This document shows positions 34,001-47,637 of a stretch of 64,000 bases of DNA, in pieces. Made by a program: the position numbers and the translations under genes. The stretch lies in NCBI GenBank assembly GCA_964019425.1, contig OZ025801.1, positions 806,001-870,000 of the forward strand. The letters run 5' to 3'. Each line of letters starts with the position of its first letter. Within the stretch, counting starts at the first letter, position 1. The notes under the pieces are model-generated. The model ran no database searches. It was not told the DNA's origin and saw nothing but the letters and a program-made list of their open reading frames with translations. Source of the DNA: Flectonema sp. DT1601 (lineage: Eukaryota).

Positions 34001-37000
34001 ATGACACGTAATGCCGGACCCTCACCGACGGGTATTGAGATGCTGACTACAGGATCCATTAAACAGATTTTCGAGTCTGATTTGTACGTCGCTCCGAATA
34101 CAACACTTCAATGCTTACAAATAATGAAGTTACTCGATGATTGGTTTATTGAAGGATCTGATGGCTTGTCATCGACGTATTTTAAAGTCTCGTCAGCGTT
34201 GGTTGAAGACATCGATCGCAACGCAATTAGAATTGGTCAGCTTTTCGTTCTCGAAAACTTGTCGCGAACTGATATTGCTCCGAGCATCGTAGCGTGGACT
34301 GCGTTGCATTACAGGACGAATAAAATTGGGAGTCCAGTTAAGATTCATACAGAACAGTTTCAAAAGGCTGCCAACAAGAAGAAATTTTCAATCGGAGAAT
34401 CAACGCCGGAATCCTTACCAACAAAATGGGACAAACACACAAACAACAGTAAAGATGTAATTAAACAATCAACAAAGACTCCTCCCTACAGAAGTAGTCC
34501 TCCAGTTGATGTAGAGGATCCCTTAACACCACCAGTTGTTACACCTTCTAAGAGTAGTATTGCAAGTAGAGTTAGTTTAAGGTCGTCTGTAACTGGTCGA
34601 GGACGTAGCCCTCAACGAAAAGAAAAACGTCCATCGACGTCATCGTTGACACGCGTAAAACCGAGACAGAGTTCTGTGCCTCTTCGTAGAGCAACTTCTG
34701 CTGTTGGTGTTGCCGTTAGGAGGACTTCTTCTCTTGGAAAACAGAAGAAGGACAAAGAGATGGTTGCTGTTCCTCAAAGTGTATCATCGTTGAGGAAGAA
34801 AACTGCAACCTTGGCACCTCCAGATCCGCAGCAGTCTGTTCCGTACGATCGAATTGAGCAAGAGATGGACCTACTACTTCGTCATTCTAATACTACTACT
34901 AATAATAATAATAATAATAATAATGGTGACATTGTATCTTCACCGAATCCTGTGTCAAGTTTGGGGGTCATATTAGGAGATGCTGGACAAACTCGCCCAA
35001 CACACAAGAAACACATCGTGACAACACCTAATGCTAAAAGTCAATTTGACACCACATTCTCACCTGACAATAAACCCCAGCCTGGTGGCAGACTTATTTC
35101 AAAAGGGAACTTATTATCAGCGATCATCGATGAGGATAATCAGTGTCCCGCTGATGGTCCTCCTACACCGTCCGGAAAACTCCTGTTGGCCAGAAGAGCA
35201 AGGCAGGCAAAAAATCCTCCAAAGGGAATTGAACCCAAGCCATTACCTGATAATGACAGAGAGCTTCCTTCGACGCCTACTCAGAGTGAACGGTTGCAAG
35301 CTAGGAAGAAGGTACTGGCTGCACAACGTGAAAAGAGTGACTCAGATACCACGCCACTGCTAACTACCAGAATAGACAAGCATGAGCCTCCTAATAACAA
35401 GGCTGGTAGAAATCGAAAAAGTACGGAAAAGGAACCGATCCCTACGCAGAGCGAGCGACTACTATCCAGAAAAAGACAACTTCTGGCATCCCAAAAGAAA
35501 CCAGTTGTCGCAGAGCCAGTTGAAGATCCTACCAAAGCTGATAGTGACGGTCAGGCTGATCAGTTAAACCCGAGAGACAAATTACTATTAGCCAGGAAGC
35601 AACATACTACTGACCAACAGAAGAAACAAGTTCAGAAGTTAGCTCAGCAAAACCTTCTCTTGCAGTTACAACAGCAGCAGCAGGCGCAGAAGAGTAAGTT
35701 GCAAAAAACTGCTCAACAAAGTGAACTGTCCGACGAAGTGAGTAAACGAGAACGTCTCGCCGACGATGCTTTCACTGCTGAGCTGCAAACGAAAAGACTT
35801 CAAGCTCAGCAACTTCAGCAACAACGAGAAGAAAAATCTGCCCAAGACAAACTCGCAACCGCCGAAAAGCAACTTCACCACGTTGAGTGGCAGCTCTCTA
35901 AACAGCGCGAGGAACAGGCTGCTTCAGAGCAACAACTCCAACGAACTCTTCAGCAGGAAAAAGCCGCTCACCATCAACGGCTTGCCCGAGAGAAGGCCGA
36001 ACACGAGAAGCACTTGGCTGAAGAAAAGGCTCTCGCAGAACAAGAAACCCGTCGCCTTGAAGAGCACCATCGCCAACTCCAACAAGAAAAAATCGAACAC
36101 GAAAAGAGAATTGCTGAGGAGAGGGTTCTCGCGGAACGCTTGGCGCAAGAGAAAGCGGCACACGAAAAACGACTCGCGCGGGAGAAGATCCTCGCGGAAA
36201 AAGAATCTCGTCGACTTGAAGAACATCAGCGACAACTTCAACAAGAGAAAGCTGACCATGAAAAACGACTCGCTGAGGAGAAGGCACTTGCAGAACGCAT
36301 CATACAAGAGAAAGCCGAACACGCAAAGCGCCTCTTAGAGGAGAAAGCCCTCGCAGAAAGATTAGCAGAGGAAACTGCCGCTCACGAGAAGCGACTCGCT
36401 CATGAAAAGGCCCTCGCAGAGGAAGAAACCCGTCGTCTGGAAAAGCACCATCGCCAGCTTAAAGAAGAGAGAGCCGAGCACGAAAAAAGACTCGCTGAAG
36501 AAAAGATTCTCGCAGAACGCTTGGAGCATGAAAAGCGGGCTCACGAGCAGCGGCTTGCGGAGGAAAAAGCCCTCACCGAAAAATTAGCACAAGAAAAAGT
36601 GGCGCACGAAAGGCGTCTCGCGGAAGAGAAAGCACTCGCTGAGCAAGAAACTCGTCGTCTTGAAGAGCACCACCGTCAGCTCCAACAAGAGAAGGCTGAA
36701 CACGAGAAGCGGATTGCAGAAGAAAAGGCTTTAGCAGAACGCCTGGCGCAGGAGAAGGTGGAACATGAAAAACGACTCGCAGAGGAGAGGGCTCTCGCAG
36801 AGCGCCTGACACGGGAAACAGCAGCACATGAAAAGCGATTGGCCGAAGAGAAGGCGCTGGCAGAGCAAGAAACCCGACGTCTGGAGGAGCATCAGCGAAA
36901 GCTCCAGCAAGAGAAAGTCGAATACGAGAAACGACTGGCAGAAGAGAAATCCATCGCAGAGCAGGAAGCTCGTCGACTTGAAGAGCACCAGCGACAACTG

Positions 37001-38736
37001 GAAGCGGAAAAGGCTGCTCATGAGATGGAATTGTTGAAGAAGAAGGCAACGGATGCAGATTTTCGTCAAAAGCAACACCAACTTGAATGTGAAAAAGAGC
37101 GAGTAGAGAAAGCAACAATGCTACTGGAACAACACCAGCAGCAGGTACTCAGTGAAGAAGCAGCGATGGTACAAAGACAGCGAGAACTACAACTTGAACG
37201 AGAGACAGAGTGCAACCGAAAGGAAGAACTTCTCCAACTTGAAAATAATCTCCTGAAGAAGGAAGCAGCTCTAGAAGCCAGACGAGTAGAACTCGAAACA
37301 CTTCAAAATGTTCCAAAAGTAGATCTTTACGACAACAGACGACAACTACTCGAAGATCAACTTGAAGAACAAATCCGTCAGCGAGTACTTCAAGAACAGC
37401 AATCAAAACAACAACAGTTGGCTGCTAGACACCAAGAACTTGATGAGAAGGAACAAAACTTACAACTTCTACTCCAGGAAGTTGAAAAGAATCAGAATCA
37501 CGAAAAATCAACTACCGCGTCATTACCCGGAAGTGATTCCAACGACATGACGAGTGAGAAGAGCAACAGAGAAAGCTCATCTCCAGAAGGAGTTCCACCA
37601 GCATATGAACCCGTCATTGTGTCTGGTCCACCAACACCAAGAAGACAATCAAATTACTCGACAGATGTTGGAAATAATAGATATCTTGAAGAACAAGAAT
37701 TACTTCGTAAAAAACTTCATCAGGCTCAGGAAAGACTTCCTTCATCACCAATCGTAAGACCAACTCCTCCAGTCTGTAGTAGCGGTGATATTAAAACATC
37801 CACTCCTAAACTTAATGTTGTTCCAAAACAATCAAAGCAGTCGGGTTATAGTTCTCTTGATTTCGAAGACTGTACTCCTCTTGAGCCAACTTCACATAAT
37901 AAGAGAGCGAAATATCCACCACAACCTCATAGGCCTGAACAAGGGAAATCAATCCCTGCTCCTGCTCATAAACTCAACAGCTCTCCTCCACCCTCATCAA
38001 GTAATAGAGTTCTGGCTAATCAATCATTTGCTCAGACTCCTGCTGAAGAGCAAAACCTTCCGTGGGGAGAGTCAACTTTAAGATACACAAGTGATCAGGG
38101 TGCTCTCTTACAACAAAGGCTTGCAGAGATAGAAGAACAACTCAAGGCAACCAAACAAATAGAATCTTATTCGAAAAAGTTTAAAGAGGTTCGTATTTGT
38201 TTTTTCGTTAAATTTATTTTAAAAAAAATTTTTTTTTGTACCGCAACACCCACAACAAAACAAAACAAAACAGCTGGTCAATAAAGCCCGTCAACGAAAT
38301 GGTCTTTTAATAATAGATTCTTTCTTTAATTTCTACCAGAGACTTTCAGACAGCGTTGGATCATTCGTTGGTAAGGATGTATGTACCGTTGTTTACGTTC
38401 GTTACTTTTTATAATCATTACGTGTTTGTACAAACTATATAATAATCACAGGCGGCATCTCTTCAAGCAATGAGGCGTTTGGTTCGTGAATGTGAACTTT
38501 GGTTTTGTGAATATTCTCGTAGTCTACTCAACCAACCAGAACGGGTTTATAAATTCTTACGATCACTTCAAAAGACTGGTGCAGTTCACGATCCAAGTCA
38601 TATCTTTGTGTTACTGAAAAGACTTGAAAAATGGTTACAGGTTAAGAGCGATTCTAAAGAAGACGCTGCGCTAATCAGCAGTTGTACAGGATACATAAAG
38701 GGACACTACAGGGCTGACCTTGTATCTCATCCGTAG
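34001..38736 (+). CDS. Large protein: RPA70N-like OB fold, disordered linker, E/K/R/A/H-rich helical repeat region, C-terminal helical domain; exons 34001-38188, 38274-38378, 38452-38736
   Basis: N-terminus LTTGSIKQI...LQCLQI...SDG...IRIGQLFVL...KIGSP. Two introns keep the frame into ORF 38470..38736. Confidence 0.75.
35950..37030 (+). repeat. Degenerate coding repeats (EKAEHEKRLAEEKALAE(Q/R)..., RRLEEH(H/Q)RQLQQ)
   Basis: Visible in the translation. Nucleotide copies have diverged at synonymous sites. Confidence 0.85.
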
Positions 38737-38750
38737 TTGTCTCGGGATAT

Positions 38751-38781
<31 letters not shown>

Positions 38782-38994
38782 TAGATTTTGATAAAATTAA
38801 CTCTCCACTCTGATTTGATAAAACTTCAATAAATCACAACGTCCTCATATTGTATCTGTTGGCTGTACTTTATATAGATTGTTATCTTTCGGTTAGAATT
38901 CTTTTTAATTTGTTGTTTTTTTTGTTTTGTATTTTCTTTTTTTAAAAACAGAACCTCTTTCGAGAAAAAACTTTTTTATTACAAAAAAAACAAA

Positions 38995-40239
38995 ATGGGA
39001 TTCGATAAGATTAAAGTTACCGGCACCTGTGTCGATATTGATGGTGATGAGATGACTCGTATCATCTGGAAGATGATTAAGGAGAAGTTGATCTTCCCAT
39101 TCGTTGACGTCCCTCTCGAATCTTACGACTTGGGAATTGAGTCAAGAGACCAAACCGACGATCAGATTACCATCGACTGTGCCAATGCCATCAAGAAGCA
39201 CAATGTTGGTATCAAGTGTGCGACCATCACTCCTGATGAAGCTCGTGTTGAGGAGTTCAAACTAAAGAAGATGTGGAGATCCCCAAACGGAACTATCAGA
39301 AACATTTTGGGAGGAACCGTATTCCGTGAGCCAATTGTGTGCAAGAACATCCCACGTCTTGCCACTATGTGGAACACTCCAATTGTTGTTGCTCGTCACG
39401 CTCACGGTGATCAGTACAAGGCCCAGGACTTAAAGGTTCACCAGGCTGGTAAGTTCACAATGAAGTTCGAACCTGCTGACGGTTCTGCTCCAACTGACAT
39501 CGAAGTTTTCAACTTCCCTGAAAATGGAGGTGTTCTAATGGGAATGTACAACACTCACGCTTCAATCGTCGGGTTTGCTAAGGCCTGCTTTGAATACGCT
39601 CTGATGAAGAAGCAGCCACTTTACATGTCAACAAAGAACACAATCTTAAAGCAATACGATGGAATGTTTAAGGACGTCTTTCAGGACATGTACGACAAGG
39701 AGTTCGCTGCTAAGTTCAAGGAGATCGGAACCTGGTACGAGCACCGTTTGATTGATGACATGGTTGCCTTCGCTATCAAGTCTGACGGAGGATACGTATG
39801 GGCATGCAAGAACTACGATGGTGATGTCCAGTCTGATATCGTTGCTCAAGGATTTGGATCATTAGGTCTCATGACTTCAGTATTGATGTGCCCTGATGGT
39901 AAGACCATTGAGGCTGAGGCAGCTCACGGAACTGTCACCCGTCACTTCAGAGTTCACCAGAAGGGTGGTGAAACATCAACCAACCCGATTGCTTCAATCT
40001 TTGCCTGGACTAGAGGATTGAACCACCGTGGAAAGCTCGACGGAAACGACCGCCTCCAGGAATTTGCTGCCACCCTTGAACAGGTTGTCATCTCTTGTGT
40101 TGAGAGTGGTAACATGACTAAGGACTTAGCTCTTTGCATCAAGGGTGATATCTCAAAGGTTGAGAGAACTGATTACCAAAGTACAACTGAGTTCATGGAC
40201 AAGGTTGCTGCTGACCTCAAGGCTGCTCTTGGAGCGTAA
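38995..40239 (+). CDS. IDH: NADP-dependent isocitrate dehydrogenase (no mitochondrial presequence; likely cytosolic)
   Basis: [40 protein letters not shown]. Confidence 0.97.
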   Translation: MGFDKIKVTGTCVDIDGDEMTRIIWKMIKEKLIFPFVDVPLESYDLGIESRDQTDDQITIDCANAIKKHNVGIKCATITPDEARVEEFKLKKMWRSPNGTIRNILGGTVFREPIVCKNIPRLATMWNTPIVVARHAHGDQYKAQDLKVHQAGKFTMKFEPADGSAPTDIEVFNFPENGGVLMGMYNTHASIVGFAKACFEYALMKKQPLYMSTKNTILKQYDGMFKDVFQDMYDKEFAAKFKEIGTWYEHRLIDDMVAFAIKSDGGYVWACKNYDGDVQSDIVAQGFGSLGLMTSVLMCPDGKTIEAEAAHGTVTRHFRVHQKGGETSTNPIASIFAWTRGLNHRGKLDGNDRLQEFAATLEQVVISCVESGNMTKDLALCIKGDISKVERTDYQSTTEFMDKVAADLKAALGA

Positions 40240-41367
40240 ATATATTCAGAGTATAAAATAAAAAAAAAAAGTCTCTCACCGTATTATCCTTAGGTAGGAT
40301 GGTGCACGATAAACAAGAATATTAATGGTTAATGTCTGTTTCATATTTCTTCATACTTGAAGGAACAATAATAAAAAGAGAACAAAAAAACATTTTAGTA
40401 ACAACGTTCCCTCCCTTCTTTTTCCCTTTTTTTTTGCATTCCCAATTTTTCTCATCCCCCTTCCCGTGCTAAATACTTTGTATTGTCAGCATCCGAGCAA
40501 TTTCTTGCTACCGAACGAAACTTCTTTTATTATTCACTTTTCTTACAATTATTAATTTTTTTCTTTCTTTTTTTTCTTTTATTTTTTATTATTACTATTC
40601 TCTTAGCAAGACTTTTGTAACCCGTGTACTGAGGAAGCCCGTTATCTGACGTTGGGAGAGTATTTTGTATTCTTTCAAATGGACACCAAGGGTTTTCTCT
40701 GTTTGGGTTGCATGTGACACTTGCAAAGAGACTGAAATACATACACACCCCTTTTTGAGTCCTATTCATTTCCTATTGCATATGCTCCAAACGAATGTGT
40801 CAGAAGACTATTTCATTTCCAGTGTCAGCTCTGACCTCACGTTCTCGGAACCGTTGGAAACTGGATTTGCTGTTCTTCACATCACGAGGTGCTTCCTTGT
40901 ACATATCGAAGTGGCGGAGGGACATATTAGGAAAAGGTAGAAAAAGAGAGGGGAAAAAAAAAAAAATTTTTAAAAAAAATCCGGAAAAAAAAAAAAAAAA
41001 AAAGAGAAGGAGAAAGCATAAAAAACAAAACGTTTCTACTTTCTCAAAAAACGATGCTCCCAAAAAAAAACAACAAAAAAAGAGAACCAAGAGGGAAAAA
41101 AGCGCCCCCTCTTTTCCAAATCCCTTCCCCGCAGATTTTTTGCACCAAAGAATTCCTTAAAGGAGTTTACTGATTAGGTTTGAATAGAGTTATTTTATCT
41201 TTTTTCTTTCGTTATTTCTGAAGGCCGTTCCGCACAAACATTAAACAAACACCGAGCAGAATGAGATGAAAAAAGGGGATTTACAGCTTCTGTTTTATTT
41301 ATTATTTAATATCATATTTTCATTCAAGGCAGCGCACTTTTTCGTCAAATGCCCCGCCGCTACAAGT

Positions 41368-44300
41368 ATGAATATATCCCCGTGTGAGTCTAGGTGGGAT
41401 GTCAGTGATGAAGGTGTCGTATTTCTGGGAAGGATCCCAGCAATGAAGCCCCATGAGCAACAAGAAGCAGTTGTCGATCAAGTAACGCGTCCTTTGAGAG
41501 GATGCTCACCAGGGATGGGTGGTGGTGCTATGAGGAGAGCAAAGTCTCCAAGAAAGTTAGAATACAGCTGTTCAGCTTTACAACCTCCTAGGATATTCCA
41601 TAATGGAAAAAGACTTGGACACGTCCTCCTGTCGTTATTAGGAAGAGATTTCAGTAATTCGAGTAGCAACAGAAAACCATTAACAGGTCTTGAGCTTCGT
41701 CCCCATCTTTTAAACCGAACAGACGACGACACCGACATCACCATCGACGCCGCAACTATCGACGCAGTCTGTCGTTCTGAATCAGCCATGGGATACTGTG
41801 ACGATCTACATAATCAATTCTTACCCAGGACATCACCACCAGAAGGTGCTCAGGCTGCTAACATATACGGCCCTGGGACATTCCAAATTTCAATTAGTTC
41901 CTTAAAGAAGATAACTCGCTCAGTAAAAATAGCATCCGGGAGTTGCCTACCCCCAGCCTTTGTGGATGCATTAACTGCTTTTATAAGTCGTGTGGATCGG
42001 AGAATGTTCTTTTGGACAAGAAAGAATATACCACTGAGAGAGATGGGTTGTGAACATAGATGGGCAGCTCTCAGGCAATACCACTGTGACGGGTGTGCTG
42101 CTGCGAGGAACCGGATTGCAGCTCTTGGGGAGCCTCCCTCGAATGTGAATAATATCGCAGTTGAGGTTATTGCACAACGTTCAGCTATTTATACAGCCAA
42201 GCAATGCCTTCTTGAAAGTGAGGAATCTCTTCGATCCTTAGACAGAGTGATTGAAGGAAGAGTTTGCACCAGACAGTTCGAAGACTTCCTTGAAAAGGTT
42301 CGTAAAAATTCAACTCAATTTGGTTTTAGATCTTCCAACCATGCTGAAATAACATTAAGCAGATCACTATCACATTTAAGTGAGTCACTTGTTATGTGTC
42401 AAGAAGGATATTGTCTGGTTGATGGAGCCCATTTGAGATATAACCAACTAACAGCAAAGACCCCAACTCCAATTCACTTCATTAGCGTAGCTCAATTATC
42501 AGATCCACAATGTGCAGCTGTGGATATGATCACTTTGAGATGTCGACTTAGAACTCAGTTCTTATTATCTACGTCGCTAGCAAGACACCACAATTTAAAC
42601 GCGATTTCAGGTAGTCTTCTCATAGGTGAGCCGCCTTATGGAGTTTCACTCTCATCACTGAGAGAAGCATCAATACGAGCGTTGTTAGAAGTGTTGTCTG
42701 ATCCTGAAATGTTGCTGCAGTATTACTATATAAGTGTTCCAGATGAAGCCTGTTGCATAGAGTTGTGTCGATTACTTGATGCTGTTCTCACTCCTGGTGG
42801 TGTTTACAACGATCCACAATCATCACGTCATCTCAGAACAACAATAATTATTCATGAAAAGGATCCTAAATTTGTTGCATGTGAGTTAGCAAAGAGGGCA
42901 TTCTCAACTGGTTTAATTGTCCCTTCATCAATGACAGAGTTACTGCAGGGGATACCTGGAGGACATTGGGAAACAGGAAGAGGAAATAGTTTCAGTCAAC
43001 AAGAAGACACAGCTCAAACAACAACAATGCTTTTAAGTGATATAAATATTTCTGGTAGAGATCGGTTTTGTAGTCACAAAATACTATTTGAGGATACAGA
43101 AGGATGGGGAATCTCTTCAGTAAAACAACTCGGGATGTCTGAACCTGTTTCAACGAAAAGTCCGATTGTTACAGCAGACAAGATTGAGATAACTTCTCAA
43201 GCATCATCACCGACAATAACAGCGACAATAGGAAGTCCAATACCTCACGATATTGATAGCACACCACTGGAATCATGTCTCGTCTGTATCAGTTTCAGAG
43301 ATGAATCCTGCGTTGTTGAAGTATCGTCATTGCCTGATGCAGAGACAATTACGAGGGAGTCATTTGATACGGTTGCGCCGTTGCCTCCCGGATCGTTTTA
43401 TTTGAGTTATAGTTTTGAAAAGAAGAATCGAATTGTTAAAACAGACAAACATTTCAAAACGTTTCTCTCTTTGGCATTTAGTGGACGGGTCGCTACTGAT
43501 GGAGGACTTCCTGAACTGGTTGTTAAAATACGTCAAAAAGATAACCAACAGATTCAAGTATCTGAGCAACCATTAAGAATCCAAAGTCCTGAAAAAAGCA
43601 GCTGCGGGATATCACCCGAAGCTGACAGTCTTTGTATTGATTCACAACCAATGCTCAGCCCCTCATCTGCTTCTTTAGAGCTACGCACATGCAGTAGCAA
43701 ACTGGCAGAGCTTGAAGCTGAGCAACGACATTTCGAAGAAACCAGAGAATGGTATCACAACTTAATAAATATTGAAGTTCGCAATATAAATACAGCTGGT
43801 CCAGGTGGGAATCATACCATATCAGTTCACCAAAGCAACATTGCCTGTTTTAACAGGATAAAATCACTCATTCAACAAGAAGTCTCATACGACCCTTTGT
43901 GTTACTGTTCGGAAACTGGAGGATCCTTTTTATCATTGACAGATGATGAAACTTGGTCGGCTTTCATAAAACAATGTTTTATTAAAAATAATCCTTACAT
44001 AGTATATGTAGAAAAACCACCTACTGAGGTTCGAACCCGGGCGGTTAATAGGTTACGTGGGATTCCTGAAGGAGGTGTGGAAGTAGCGATTATAAATTTA
44101 TCTTTTAATCCTCCTTCAATGAAGGTTATTGGATCTGTAGAACAAGGAACGATTGAATCACTGTCGTCAGCGTTGATTGAAGTCTGTCCTCAGATTGTCA
44201 GATACAGAAAAGGAAAGAGAGTTCCTCAACTGAAATTCGCAGCAAAACCACAACCACATTGGACGGTTACATATCCTCACAGTTTTTGTGACCAAACTGC

Positions 44301-45493
44301 ACAGTCGATGTTATCAATCGCAGCCTTAGATGTGATGGAACAGTCTGGTGGATGGAGTTTAAAGGAAACTGCTTCGTGTACTTCTCCAATTGGGAATACT
44401 GATAATCACAGTCCTGTTATGGTTGATTTTTATAAATTTATTATGGTTCGATCAAAGAACAAACCAATACCAACTAATCCACCTGTAGTTAAAAAGGTTA
44501 CAACTCCTCATCCTCCTGTTCGTTGGACTCAACCTGTTCAGGGATCAGAACTTAGCACTGCTCAAGTTGTGTCTTCTTTGTCAAACGAAAATAGGAATTC
44601 TGCACCAGTTCAGTCACCAGTACCACCAGATACCCGGAAAGTCAATACTAAAAAGAAGAGAGCTAGAGCTCAAACCGCAGGGGTGTCTCCCAGAACTGCA
44701 TCATCACCGACAGAAGCTGCTGACTATTGGCCTGGTTCTCCTATGCGTGCGCTGGTTGTGGAGCAAAAGCCGCTGTTAAAAAATAATTTTATGCCTTCAA
44801 CTAACTCACAGCCAATCACCAATACCGACACTGAAGAAGTCACTAAAATGATATCTCAGGGAGTGTCTGGTCCGTCACAAGATTCTGTTGAGTTGTTGTT
44901 ATATTCGAATACAGCTGTTCATAAGAGTGGAGTTGATGACAGCACTCCATTTGATAGTAGTAGTTCGTTTGTTTCTCATCGTGCAGTACGTCGAATGCCT
45001 TCAGGACCTGCTTTATTCAACAGCAGTGGCAGTGATGATCAACTACCCGAAACATCCACCTCACAACCCAAATCAGCTGCCGAACGAGTCCTCAGCTTTC
45101 CTACTAAACTACGACGACTATCAGCTGGTAGGGTTGGCTTTCAGGTTTGTGTTCTTCTCGAATATATAATAAAGTAGTTTATATAAATTAGGAAATCAGT
45201 CACCACAACAACTCAAACAGAAATGGTCCAACATGACGTGGGAAGATCGTCTCACATTTCTTCAATTAAAGGAAACGATTGAAAACGAAAGTAGTATTCC
45301 AACACAACAAATGACTGCCGCAGAGAAGAACATCTCAACTGAGAAACAAATGTCACCCGTTGCTGCTATCGCTGATTGTACAACTTCAGTATCTCCAAAG
45401 CGACAACCACAACAACTGAGAGGTTGTTATGGTCGAAAACGCAGCCTTTCTCAGGGCAACATTCCTGTTTCTCAACTTCTACTTAGAAAATGA
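41368..45493 (+). CDS. Large hypothetical protein with a possible degenerate PARG/macro-like segment and two PB1-like segments; exons 41368-45144, 45221-45493
   Basis: Intron 45145-45220 joins ORF 45233..45493 in frame. Motifs PGGHWETG..SQQED, LSY..IVKTDKHF, LCY..LSLTDDETW. Confidence 0.7.
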
Positions 45494-45794
45494 GGCTGGG
45501 GTTTTTTTTTTCTTCTTCTTCTTTTTTTTTCATTTTTATAAATATATTTTAGTTTTGTAGTTACACATCCTTCCCATCACAATTCCTCAAATTATTATTA
45601 AGTTTTGATAACAAGAAAGGGTACGAGAGTCACAACAAACTTTTTTTTTTTTTGTTTTTTCCATTCTGAACAGAGAGAAACAAAACAATGAGAGTACTGT
45701 TCTATTCTATGAATTTCTCTTTCAAGATTAAAGTTAAAAAAAAAACATATCAATCAAATTCTTTTATTTATTTTTTTAGAATAATATAAATAAA

Positions 45795-46229
45795 ATGGAA
45801 GATGAAGATGTTAAAAAGTTACGTGCGCTATTTCTTCGTGGGCTGTCTGGTTTTGGAGGGATTCCTTTACGAAGGGGACCCACTGTACCAAAAGCACCAA
45901 CACTGTCACAAGGAAGAAGAAAGAAATGTGCATCTCCCTCTGGAACAGGCTGGAATGATAGCCCGATAGTATCTAATAATAATAAGATTCCTCTCCCTCT
46001 GGCGCACACTCATACAGGTCAGGGTACATCAAACGTTAAGAGTCGTCTTCCCATGTTAACAAAGCTTCACATGAGACAAACCTTAGGAGGTGGTGATCGT
46101 GGGTTGCGTTGCATGTGTACTACACAAGACTTATTAAATTATCACACTCGTATTAGTGATTTGAAATATCAATCTGCGAGGAGTAGGAGAGGAAATAGAT
46201 TAGTACCAATTCCTTTAAAGAAGGATTGA
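45795..46229 (+). CDS. Small basic hypothetical protein
   Basis: 144-aa ORF after a T-rich AG acceptor and an AAAATG context; flanked by non-coding T-rich DNA. Confidence 0.5.
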   Translation: MEDEDVKKLRALFLRGLSGFGGIPLRRGPTVPKAPTLSQGRRKKCASPSGTGWNDSPIVSNNNKIPLPLAHTHTGQGTSNVKSRLPMLTKLHMRQTLGGGDRGLRCMCTTQDLLNYHTRISDLKYQSARSRRGNRLVPIPLKKD

Positions 46230-46421
46230 TAGTTAATAGTTAATTTTTTTTTGTTTGTTTGTTTTGTAAGTTGAAATTAGGTAATTCTGGTTTTGTGTTT
46301 GTACTTTCTTACTTTTACAAGTTGAGAACTGCGGAAGATAATTTTTATTTATCGTAACTTATGTAAGTTTTGGAAGTAACGAATTCTCTCAATCAGACTC
46401 CTCCTCCTTTATTCACAAATA

Positions 46422-47240
46422 ATGACTACTTACGACTATAAGACACTTGAGGTCGTTCGTGACGGTGGTGTTCTCCATGTCAAGATGAACAGACCAAAGA
46501 AACTAAACGCAATGAACAAGACGTCATGGTCAGACATGAGAGAGTGTTTCCAAAAAATTAATAACGATGTTGATTGCAGAGCTGTTGTGATTAGTGGTAA
46601 TGGAAGAGCGTTCACAGCTGGATTAGATCTGATGGATACTAGTTTAGCCCAGAAGGGGAGTGATGTATCAAGGAAAGCATGGAGACTACGGGAATTAGTT
46701 TTGTCAATGCAAGACTCGTTCACTGCGATGGAACGTTGCAAGCAACCTGTCATAGCCGCCGTTCACAATGCCTGTATTGGTGCTGGTATTGACTTAATCA
46801 CAGCCTGTGACATTAGATATGGTTCTGAGGACTGCTTCTTTTCAATTAAGGAAGTCGACATTGGTCTCGCTGCTGATGTTGGAACTCTTCAACGCCTTCC
46901 AAAAGTAATTTCCAACATGGGGCATATTAAGGAACTGGCATACACTGCTCGTCGATTCCACTCTGCTGAAGCCTCATCTATGGGACTGTTAACAGCTGTT
47001 TGTAAGGATAAGGAAGCAACTATTGCGCATGCTTTAGCAATGGCTCAAGAGATCGCAAGCAAGTCACCAATTGCTGTAATGGGAACAAAGTTCGGTTTAA
47101 ACTACGCTGTGGACCACACAGTTGAAGATGGTCTTCGTCAAATCGCTGGCTGGAATGCTGCCATGTTGCAATCACCAGACGTGGTAGCAGCAGCTAAGGC
47201 TCACATGACTAAGACAAAACCAACATTCTCAAAGTTATAA
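46422..47240 (+). CDS. ECH1: Delta(3,5)-Delta(2,4)-dienoyl-CoA isomerase (crotonase family) with a PTS1 signal
   Basis: MNRPKKLNAM, FTAGLDL, CIGAGIDLITACDIR, KEVDIGLAADVGTLQRLPK; ends in SKL. Confidence 0.92.
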   Translation: MTTYDYKTLEVVRDGGVLHVKMNRPKKLNAMNKTSWSDMRECFQKINNDVDCRAVVISGNGRAFTAGLDLMDTSLAQKGSDVSRKAWRLRELVLSMQDSFTAMERCKQPVIAAVHNACIGAGIDLITACDIRYGSEDCFFSIKEVDIGLAADVGTLQRLPKVISNMGHIKELAYTARRFHSAEASSMGLLTAVCKDKEATIAHALAMAQEIASKSPIAVMGTKFGLNYAVDHTVEDGLRQIAGWNAAMLQSPDVVAAAKAHMTKTKPTFSKL

Positions 47241-47637
47241 AAATTAGATTCAGCAGATCCATAATCTTGTAAGCCGTTTAAAGGCAACGTTCGTTATTTA
47301 CAAAGGTTTAAATGTTTCATACTCTGATGTGCCTTTTCCATTAAATATATTTTGTACAGTCGTAGGAAAACACGACTTTTCGAAAACCCCGCTCCAGTGC
47401 GATAACGTTGCCGGGGGTACCTCTTAATCTTTACTACCTGAATAATCCATACTTTTCTTTTTTCTCTTTTTTTTTTTTTTTTTTTTTCCTCCCCCTCCTT
47501 CGTAGCCAACAGCCACCTTGCGACATACCAACGCAAGGAGGACATTTGTTCGCTGCAATGCTTCAGTAGAGACTTGAATGGTTTTGTTTTATAAAATATT
47601 TATTTTAATTCTTTAATTCATAGCATATTATTCAAAA

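Noticed and set aside
38861..38881. CTGTACTTTTATA upstream of IDH as an SL relic (retrogene)
   Set aside because: Short imperfect match in T-rich DNA; compatible with chance.
40530..41160. Short K-rich or F-rich ORFs here and in similar tracts (10377-10818, 20691-20900, 48325-49051)
   Set aside because: They are translations of intergenic poly-A/poly-T runs.
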